A DNA stretch of 8,806 bases from Geosiphon pyriformis uo1 (GCA_016748015.1 JAAOMT010000287.1:1-8806); one strand, 5' to 3'. Numbered from the stretch's first letter, positions 1-8,806 are shown. A program made the numbers and translations. The notes: generated from the letters alone by a model not told the origin.

Positions 1-1659
1 TGACCCATACTACAAAAACCATTTGTCCAAGCTACAAGCAATTGTCAGAAAGCAAGGGAGGGGGCGCTATTGGTCGAATCGGTAGGTCATGGTTGTAGTA
101 ACGTAGGAAACCATAAAGGCTTAGGGACGTCCCCAAGGCAGGGGCAAGGAACAACCATTTTGAGCAATCCAACCACAAAACAAACACCATACCTATATAT
201 GCGCGAGACTGCTCTATTGGTAGCCTTAGTAGTCCCAGTATAAGTACTAGGATGTGTACTTGGGTGTCAATGGTAGTACTTGTCATGAAGGTACTCATAG
301 TGATTGTCCAGGCATATCCAAACCATGGGTAGGTTCGGGACCATGGTAACAAATTAAGCTATTACTGTAACTGGGTGACAAAGGCTTCTTGAGCATCCAA
401 AGTACCAAAAGCTAAAAGGGATCCATACAACAACCCAACACATACTGTACAAACCTCCGATCTCAAATACAAACTAATATAAGCGTCTAGGAGGGTACCA
501 TGGGTCTACTACTGGGCTTCAGGTATTGGTACCATTATCCTTTCCAAAGTCCAATTGTCTTACCAGTAAATACATAGAATCAGTTGGTACGCGAACTAAC
601 TCACGGCCAGCCAGGGACTAAGATTGTTGTCATCATTGAGGCCATGAGAGTAATGCACAAATAAGGAGTACTCAAATAAACCTCAAACCAGTACAAGTAT
701 GTACCAACAAAGGGTAATGGTATTTGGTTTGCTATCCAAGACTCCCACCAATATCTAGATACTACAGAGTAACAATAGATCCCCAACCACCAACCACCCG
801 TGTGACTTGGTAATCTATCCCAGGACAGAGTACGGGCTACAAGACCAAACTCCACTTGAGGTATGGGACCCATTGGTAGTACAAAGCAAAGGATCCATAA
901 ATACCCACACAATCCCCAGGACCAAGCTTAACAAGCTATTTACCCGCTGTAGACATATCTGTAAATAACTGTGATGACCAAATAGTACTCTCCAGTTCTT
1001 TCAAGGAGACTTGGGGTCCCCAATATGGTAAGTATGGATCCCTAATGGTAAATATGGATAGGGATTGGTTCCAATCTGTTGTAGCCAAGGTAAAGATACT
1101 TGTGCTGCTGGGGTGGGGGGCCTTGCAGTCCTTATAGAGCCCTGGTCCTTTTAACTTGTATTACCAATGCCCCTCCACCACCAACCAATAGGGGATCCAT
1201 CCATAGGGGGTACTGGGCATATAAATAAGCCATCATATACAGGTCGGGACATTTGTGAGTACAAGTAAGTATCCAGATGGATCCCTCGAACCTGTCAGGT
1301 CTAAGAGTATGGGTACGAATACTTAGTAGTTGGGGGAACCTACTTGTACTACCCATCCATGTTTGTACTGATTTCCCTTATGACTGTAATACCCATCCTC
1401 AATACCTGCCTCCTTTGGTAGCCATTGAGAAATACCATTGATCATAACAACCATGATGCTGCTCAATCAAGTTCCTATAAAGCTCTAAAGTAATGATTGG
1501 GCCCTGACTGGTAAAGAGAAAGGGGCTTAGCCAGTAGATGAGGGAGTAAGGATTACTCAAAGGCTAATGGCAAAAGGCACCGTATCAAAATAGTAAGGCG
1601 TAAGCACTCGGTAGGGCAATTACAGTAGTCATGAGGGGATAGGTACAAAAGGGGGGGGG
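1..1659 (+). repeat. Direct repeat copy 1 (>=1659 bp, truncated by the window start)
   Basis: TGACCCATACTACAAAAACC at 1 recurs at 7148. The 106-, 103- and 74-aa ORFs recur with identical translations at an offset of exactly 7147 (32/7179, 601/7748, 1132/8279). Confidence 0.98.
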
Positions 1660-3000
1660 GTAGCTGTAGCTTGGACCCATAAAGGACTACCGCAATAGTC
1701 CAGAGGATGTAGCTAACTAGGGTCACAAATGAGAAGCCCCCTCACTGTAACTCTGGTAAGGCAATAAATCTCGTATTGAACTTTATAGGGGTACCAAGCT
1801 TTGTACCAAAGGGGCAATTGGCAGTAGGCAGTTACTCAAGTTTTATGGCTATATTGGTAAGGATCCTTGGCTAGTGAACTTAACAGTTATCTGGATGGCA
1901 TATGGGATCGTTGCTTTAACCCAAAGCGTAGTTAAGGGTCCAATGGGTAACTCATAGTACTCACTGTCATAGTAATCACTAATACTGACTAAATAGCTAA
2001 AATGGCACTACTGTATATCCATGGTAGATGGGCATTGTTATGGTACTCTACTGGTAACTCCAATGGTATGGAATCATACAAGGATGTATTGGGTCCTTGA
2101 GGTCAACCATCCAACCCCCCCTGTGTCCTTCTTGGGGGGATTGCTGTATCCCCATGGTAAGCTTTGTAAAGATTGTAGGACTGTAGGCAATTGCTTCCAA
2201 GCTGGCATTGTCATCAAGTACTCAAAACAAAGTAATGGATAGGGATTGGTATTGTACATGGTATTAGACAGCCAATACCACTGTTGGTAAGACAAGTTAT
2301 AGTATAGTCATGGATAGCCAAGGGACCTCACAAATGGCTGTAATTGCAACTCCTGTATACCATATCGGATCCAGAAACTGAGTCCATTGTAATAAATGAG
2401 GAGTTTAGTACCGGATGGTATCCCTATCCCTATGAGCTTCTACTGGGTAATGGAGTACCCAATACCATGACCCTAATTAGTACTTGGAAGTCCTTATGGC
2501 TAATGGCTATGGGATGTATTATGAGTACCCATTGAGCAACCCGTGCCACAAAGTACAGTAAACCAGCCCACCACAAAGTTACTCATCATGCTAAAAAAAA
2601 TAACTGTATCCAAAGTACCGATCCCAACTACCCTTTGTAGCCTCATGTACCCTATCCAACATGTATAGGGATGGATGGCAATGGTAAAGGGAGTCCATAT
2701 AGCTACTTTGTAGTACTCATGTTGTATTTGGATAGGGGGGTAGGAGGGGTATGGCTCCTTATCCCCTATCATGGGGAGGTTGTCAACTAGTAGTCATGGG
2801 GCCTAGAGACATGGTTGAGTTGGGGGATTCCAGAGTATTTGGAGCTCTAAGGAACTGGATAAATTGAAGCTTTATAGGTTTGGGGGGCCTCAGCGTATTT
2901 GATATTAGGTAAGCTCCCCACAACCCCAGCTCCCAAGCCCCCCGCTGTACCAAAGCTTAAGCTTATGCTATGGCCCAGTACTATCACTACCAATGGTAAG

Positions 3001-3699
3001 CTAGCTTTTAACTTGGCTTAAAACCCTTTGTGCGCTATTTGGTACCGTGGATGCTTGTTGGCTCCATTTGGATCCCAATCACTCATGAAGGCTCCACAAG
3101 GAAAGGATAACGGCTCCCATCAAAACCATCCCGCCATTCCAAATTAGACTTCTGGACGGATTAATACCATCAACGTACCCGGTCATCCTCCCTATATTGG
3201 GATGATAATGCCCATTGTGGCAGAGTAGTACAAGGATCCTATAGCATCCCAACCCAACCCTCCACCACCAAACCAATCATGGGGATACCAAACCTCTTAG
3301 TTCAATAATAGGGATTTCTGACTTAATATAGTAACCAAAGATCCCTATGTGTTGGGGATACCCACACAAACTATAGGCTCATCCTATCTCACCATTTGTA
3401 TAGCCATCAGAGTCCCCATTGTATGAGATAGTACTAGTAGTAACAGGAGTCTCTAAAGCTACAATGGATCCCCAAATAAGGGATATCCCCATGTTCCCAT
3501 CCTGTATATGAGTAGGTAGTCTTGGGTCATGGGGTCCCATTTGTAGGTGGTGGGGGACGTTGGTACAGGTCCCAAAACCAGAGTATCCATATGGTCCCTG
3601 GTAGGGGGTAGTTAGAAAAATGGAGGCATAAGATCCCAAACTCAAACCCTTGCACGGCCACCATTGGTATCAAGTCCTAGTAAATTGAAAGTATCCTAT
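3001..3699 (-). pseudogene. Possible relic reading frame (232 codons) interrupted only by TGA
   Basis: ORFs 3379..3645 and 3079..3276 share a frame. Between the TAG at 3700-3702 and the TAG at 3001-3003, the only stops are four TGAs (3670-72, 3379-81, 3277-79, 3079-81). No homology was recognised. Confidence 0.25.
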
Positions 3700-5947
3700 C
3701 TACATACCCTATTCATCAATGGTAAGAGATATACCTATGTGCTGTATTAAACTGTGCGTATATTAATATGCCAACACACCCCAATCCTTAAATTCGGGAT
3801 ACTTAATCTCCCTCAGTTAGAGACTACTCAGGATGTATTGGGTAGACTGATAGTCCCCAATAGCCATAATCAATAAAGGGAGGGATGGTAGGTACTTGTG
3901 GTATCATGGTCTAATTGTATAAGTACTACCGTTTGTGGTATCTAGCTCTGCAAAGACACGCAGGCGCAACGACGGGGTTGTGGGAGGGGCGATGGTATCC
4001 TAGAATGTGTGGCCAAAGAAGTCGAGTCAGATAGTTACTGCTGTCATAAAAGGAGAGTAATAAGTAAGGGTGGGCAAAAGGTATGTGGTAGTGGGGATCC
4101 CTATTATACAAGGTAGTCATGGGTACCCTGATTTATGTGTAGATCGGAGCCTGGACAGTAGACTATTGGTATGGTCCCGGGGGTGGGGGCATGGTGTAGG
4201 ACAAGGAGGTTAAAGTCAGTACTTTGTGTGTGCTTTCAGTACAACCCCTTTTGGAGGTAAGGGGATAAGGGGGTACTCTAGGCGTCTTGTATACAAATCC
4301 CAATCCAAGGGGGGGGGTCGGGCGCCTGTATCTGGGACTGGCTGGCCGGTTGTCCAAGGGCTTTTGATGGTATCCATGAAATGTAAGGGGACCACTAGGA
4401 ATTGGTTACTCATGGGTATTGGTGGGCAGTACTTGGAGTGGTAGGACTTAGTCCGTTGATTTATAACATCCCTCAGTGAGCAAGTACTCTATCCATTGGG
4501 AGACTAAGACTAAAAGCAAATACAATCCTTGAGGCAGCAAATTTGAGTACTAGATCCATTCAATAGTACGTGGGGGGGGGCCTAAAAGTTATCCTCTTAC
4601 TTGTACTAAAGAAGCTTATGGTTAAGCTGTAGCGAGGACTGTGTCCTTGGGTATAGGGACTGGTACCATCATGATATCCCAAATCCCTTAATCCTAAGTC
4701 TTACCAATACTATGTAGTAGTTACCAGGGGAGTGTGATTGGGTGCGCAAGGGGGCCGCAAACCAGTACCCAATGATGGCCTCAATAGGGTAGACAGCCAA
4801 TCATACCAATCCCATCTGGTATTTGGTGATGGGTATTATCAGTAGAATAGTCATAGTAATCGGTATGGTTATTGTGTGCCCTCGACTGGGGATGGGTATG
4901 AAGTATAGAAGGTACTTACTACTTAAACCTGGTGAGGTAGCTTTTATCTGGGGATCGCTAACTATCTAGGCAAAAGCCTATCCGCTTTTGGGATGGTATG
5001 GACCTTAACAAGAAGCTTACCAAGTCAAGATCCATCATGCCAAGCAAAGTAAATTAGATGGGGAATTACTTAGGCCAGCCTCGTTGGATTGGTAGTCGGA
5101 CGGCGGGAGAGGGCTGAAACGGCGTATGTTGGTGTAGTTGCTTTGGGATCCAAGGCCCACCCCAATCAATTTGGCCTTCACACCCCACAAGGGACCCCAA
5201 GTATATACATAAGGATTTGGTACGACTCCAACTCAAACCTGTGTACTATAAACCAACTCTATGTAGCGTCATTGTCTACTTACCCACCCAATGCGGTGTG
5301 GCTATGGTTGTGCGAAATGTATGTACTATTCAGGTATCTTAGAGTAAAGAGGGGGGGGGTGATTACAATCCAAATATGTATTGGTGATGGCTGAGGACAG
5401 GTAATTACTAGGGTCTTAACTATATACTAGCCCACCCACTACTATGTAGCCAAATTACTTGTAGTAGGCTACAACATATCCACCTGCCAACGTAAAGTGT
5501 ACCATATACTTACTTGTGGCATTTATCCCAGTAACTGTACTATACCAGGTATAAACTAAGGGAGGTGTGATCTAAAAAGGCTCTAAAAACTTTACCAATA
5601 TGTAGAGTTACCGTCTGTTAAAGTGCAAGTCGCGAAGGATGCGAGTCCTTTATCTTATTGTAAGTCTCCTATTCGTCCATTAAGCCTCTCATGAGTATAT
5701 GGTACTTACCAATCATCTGGCCTATGTAGTAGAGGTGACCATTACATCCCTGTATTATGGGTCAGAAATGGCAAAGGCTTTCAAATATCTACTGCTTACT
5801 AGCCCTATGGGGCCATAAGCTATTTTATGGGCATATACAGAGTATTGTGGCCATCCAAAGGATTATTACCTGGTATAGGATTTATTGGTCAACCATCCCT
5901 CCTCAGGTTGGGGGGGGGCCATCAATCTATGCCCTTAGCAAATAACC

Positions 5948-6586
5948 ATGGGTACTAATGCCCCATATGGATGGCCTCAAGATGGGGAATTGGGTACTCA
6001 TGACCTGGGCCCTTTGCAACACATGGAGTGCAATCCTTTATGGCCATCCCCCCTATTACTCCCCTTACTCTACTATTTACCTATATACCTATTGACCTTG
6101 ATGTGCCGGGAACTTTTACACCCAAGGATACTTACTTGCATCTGGGATTTATCCCTACCTCTAAAAATGGGATTAATGGCCCAAATTACAACCTCTGACC
6201 AAGGAGTCGGAGTCCTTCTTTTATACATCCATCTACTAGAGGTCAAAAGCACGTATGACTACACTGAATCAAATACTACCTTACCAATAGACTATGGTAC
6301 TCTTATACGATCTCACAAAATACCGTACTATCTTAGATCTCCGTACCTACCTTTGTTAGATCTAAGCTACTTTGCGTACTTCCTATCTCTACTATATCAT
6401 GAACCCAGTAGTATCAATAGGATCCATACATCCCCTATGTCTAAGTATTTGTACCACCCTTTGTCCAAATGGCCCATGATAATAGGACCCCCCTCTCCCT
6501 GTACTATGGTTTTCTTTATACCCCGCTACCAAACCAATGACCATCCCCTACCAAATAAATACTGGCCCGACCCAAACCAAAGGTAG
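5948..6586 (+). CDS. Hypothetical 212-aa ORF (longest in the window; may be a relic or spurious)
   Basis: It has an ATG start (AACCATGG context) and 212 open codons. The frame continues for 74 more codons past the TAG to a TAA at 6809-6811. It contains SD-x13-EVK. The C-rich strand lowers stop frequency, so it could arise by chance. Confidence 0.25.
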   Translation: MGTNAPYGWPQDGELGTHDLGPLQHMECNPLWPSPLLLPLLYYLPIYLLTLMCRELLHPRILTCIWDLSLPLKMGLMAQITTSDQGVGVLLLYIHLLEVKSTYDYTESNTTLPIDYGTLIRSHKIPYYLRSPYLPLLDLSYFAYFLSLLYHEPSSINRIHTSPMSKYLYHPLSKWPMIIGPPSPCTMVFFIPRYQTNDHPLPNKYWPDPNQR

Positions 6587-6598
6587 CCTTGGACTCCG

Positions 6599-6622
6599 CC
6601 CCTGTACCCCTTAGTACAGGGG
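6599..6622 (+). other. Stem-loop: 9-bp perfect stem with 6-nt loop, just downstream of the 212-aa ORF stop
   Basis: CCCCTGTAC (6599-6607) pairs with GTACAGGGG (6614-6622). No U-tract follows, so it is not called a terminator. Confidence 0.45.
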
Positions 6623-6819
6623 AGACGAAGGTACCCACTGTTTGTACAACCACCGATAGGCCATACCAATCCCCACATTCAAAACCAAGCTTTACCAAAT
6701 ACCCGTAATCACCCAAACCAATCAAAGTCGCTACCCATGTTGTCTCCAAAACTTTGTATACAAGCGTCCAACAAGTCCCATAAGGGGATAAACAAGTACC
6801 AGTATAAGTAATCTCCAGG

Positions 6820-6841
6820 TATCCCCATATTACAGGGGATA
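6820..6841 (+). other. Stem-loop: 7-bp stem with loop ATATTACA
   Basis: TATCCCC (6820-6826) pairs with GGGGATA (6835-6841). Confidence 0.5.
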
Positions 6842-6930
6842 GTAGTGTAAAGTAGTATGGTATGACCCATGGGCCCTGGGAGACCCGGGTTGTTTGTATG
6901 GTAGGGAGTTTGGGAGTACCCATAAGAGTA

Positions 6931-7129
6931 GGGATAGCGGGGGAGAGGATCATAGGGGGGATCTTGAGGGGGGGTGAGTTGGGTAGAGTTCTAAATGGGG
7001 CGGGGGGGACCCAAATGGTAGGAGTGGGGACTCAAGTACTCCCATAAGGGGTATCTGATACAAGATGGGGATTGGTAGTAGGTGAGGGAGGTATTAATAA
7101 AATGGGCCCAGGGTGGGGTGGGGGGGGGG
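6931..7129 (+). other. G-rich tract with G-quadruplex potential
   Basis: G-tracts lie at 6931-33, 6939-43, 6955-60, 6968-74, 6981-83, 6997-7000 and 7002-08, and GGGTGGGGTGGGGGGGGGG lies at 7111-7129. Confidence 0.7.
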
Positions 7130-7147
7130 TAAGTAAGCAAACTCTTC

Positions 7148-8806
7148 TGACCCATACTACAAAAACCATTTGTCCAAGCTACAAGCAATTGTCAGAAAGC
7201 AAGGGAGGGGGCGCTATTGGTCGAATCGGTAGGTCATGGTTGTAGTAACGTAGGAAACCATAAAGGCTTAGGGACGTCCCCAAGGCAGGGGCAAGGAACA
7301 ACCATTTTGAGCAATCCAACCACAAAACAAACACCATACCTATATATGCGCGAGACTGCTCTATTGGTAGCCTTAGTAGTCCCAGTATAAGTACTAGGAT
7401 GTGTACTTGGGTGTCAATGGTAGTACTTGTCATGAAGGTACTCATAGTGATTGTCCAGGCATATCCAAACCATGGGTAGGTTCGGGACCATGGTAACAAA
7501 TTAAGCTATTACTGTAACTGGGTGACAAAGGCTTCTTGAGCATCCAAAGTACCAAAAGCTAAAAGGGATCCATACAACAACCCAACACATACTGTACAAA
7601 CCTCCGATCTCAAATACAAACTAATATAAGCGTCTAGGAGGGTACCATGGGTCTACTACTGGGCTTCAGGTATTGGTACCATTATCCTTTCCAAAGTCCA
7701 ATTGTCTTACCAGTAAATACATAGAATCAGTTGGTACGCGAACTAACTCACGGCCAGCCAGGGACTAAGATTGTTGTCATCATTGAGGCCATGAGAGTAA
7801 TGCACAAATAAGGAGTACTCAAATAAACCTCAAACCAGTACAAGTATGTACCAACAAAGGGTAATGGTATTTGGTTTGCTATCCAAGACTCCCACCAATA
7901 TCTAGATACTACAGAGTAACAATAGATCCCCAACCACCAACCACCCGTGTGACTTGGTAATCTATCCCAGGACAGAGTACGGGCTACAAGACCAAACTCC
8001 ACTTGAGGTATGGGACCCATTGGTAGTACAAAGCAAAGGATCCATAAATACCCACACAATCCCCAGGACCAAGCTTAACAAGCTATTTACCCGCTGTAGA
8101 CATATCTGTAAATAACTGTGATGACCAAATAGTACTCTCCAGTTCTTTCAAGGAGACTTGGGGTCCCCAATATGGTAAGTATGGATCCCTAATGGTAAAT
8201 ATGGATAGGGATTGGTTCCAATCTGTTGTAGCCAAGGTAAAGATACTTGTGCTGCTGGGGTGGGGGGCCTTGCAGTCCTTATAGAGCCCTGGTCCTTTTA
8301 ACTTGTATTACCAATGCCCCTCCACCACCAACCAATAGGGGATCCATCCATAGGGGGTACTGGGCATATAAATAAGCCATCATATACAGGTCGGGACATT
8401 TGTGAGTACAAGTAAGTATCCAGATGGATCCCTCGAACCTGTCAGGTCTAAGAGTATGGGTACGAATACTTAGTAGTTGGGGGAACCTACTTGTACTACC
8501 CATCCATGTTTGTACTGATTTCCCTTATGACTGTAATACCCATCCTCAATACCTGCCTCCTTTGGTAGCCATTGAGAAATACCATTGATCATAACAACCA
8601 TGATGCTGCTCAATCAAGTTCCTATAAAGCTCTAAAGTAATGATTGGGCCCTGACTGGTAAAGAGAAAGGGGCTTAGCCAGTAGATGAGGGAGTAAGGAT
8701 TACTCAAAGGCTAATGGCAAAAGGCACCGTATCAAAATAGTAAGGCGTAAGCACTCGGTAGGGCAATTACAGTAGTCATGAGGGGATAGGTACAAAAGGG
8801 GGGGGG
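7148..8806 (+). repeat. Direct repeat copy 2 (truncated by the window end, inside the G-run equivalent to 1651-1660)
   Basis: The 7147 offset is constant to the last base (TACAAAAGGGGGGGGG matches 1644-1659). No mismatch was seen by eye. Confidence 0.98.

Larger units (their letters stand above)
1..7147. mobile_element. 7147-bp unit: putative circular element, tandem unit or decayed transposon of unknown class, carrying a C->T hypermutation signature
   Basis: The unit length comes from the repeat period. There is no intact long ORF, CpG is depleted (about 16 in 1..1020, roughly a third of expectation) and GTAC is in excess. No diagnostic RT, integrase, transposase or Rep motif set was found, so the class is unassigned. 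Confidence 0.4.

Noticed and set aside
2090-2171. RT-like words FTKLTMGIQQSP and MVDLKD on the minus strand
   Set aside because: They occur in the wrong order relative to RT motifs A and B, and no YxDD follows.
5125-5136. GTTGGTGTA resembling the kinetoplast minicircle CSB-3 (GGGGTTGGTGTA)
   Set aside because: Only 9 of 12 bases match and no CSB-1 or CSB-2 lies upstream.
5170-5200. FGLHTPQGTP resembling the RT PQG motif
   Set aside because: There is no upstream DxxxAF and no downstream YxDD in frame.
32-5945. The many 60-110-aa ORFs as genuine genes
   Set aside because: They overlap on opposite strands, many begin at non-ATG codons, and their W/Y/P/G-rich composition mirrors the TGG/TAC/CCA/GGG word bias.
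752-6763. Perfect 10-12-bp palindromes (e.g. 752-761, 1859-1868, 2953-2964, 2998-3007, 3480-3489, 4287-4296, 6754-6763)
   Set aside because: About eight were seen against roughly seven expected by chance in 7.1 kb, so they are not enriched at this length.
1-7147. rDNA repeat unit (similar size, tandem)
   Set aside because: No conserved SSU, 5.8S or LSU signature was found on either strand, even allowing for transitions.
1-7147. Intact papillomavirus, caulimovirus, inovirus or plasmid genome (7-8-kb circles)
   Set aside because: These are gene-dense. Here there is no ORF longer than 212 aa and no E1/L1, RT, Zot or Rep motifs.
1-8806. CRISPR array, tRNA or hammerhead ribozyme
   Set aside because: No regularly spaced repeats, cloverleaf with T-loop, or CTGATGA...GAAA core were seen by eye. 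An Infernal or tRNAscan search was not possible.

Overview
This window has no recognisable genes. Its one firm large-scale feature is an apparently exact direct repeat: 1..1659 recurs at 7148..8806, a period of 7147 bp. It is therefore either a ~7.15-kb circular molecule read with terminal overlap, a tandem array of a 7147-bp unit, or an LTR-like element with >=1.66-kb terminal repeats. I could not confidently recognise any protein family, rRNA, tRNA or CRISPR array. The short ORFs are rich in W/Y/P/G/I and look like products of the base composition. Word usage is strongly skewed: CpG and TGCA are depleted, while GTAC, GGATCC, AGTACT, GGTACC and AAGCTT are over-represented. This suggests a formerly GC-richer element eroded by strand-symmetric, context-dependent C->T mutation (methylation-driven or RIP-like). 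Secondary signals are six G9-G10 runs all on the + strand, a sharp C-rich to G-rich switch at a TATTAC-loop hairpin (6820-6841) followed by a G-quadruplex-capable tract, two relic reading frames, and small CpG-retaining patches. All counts were made by eye and all functional assignments are speculative.
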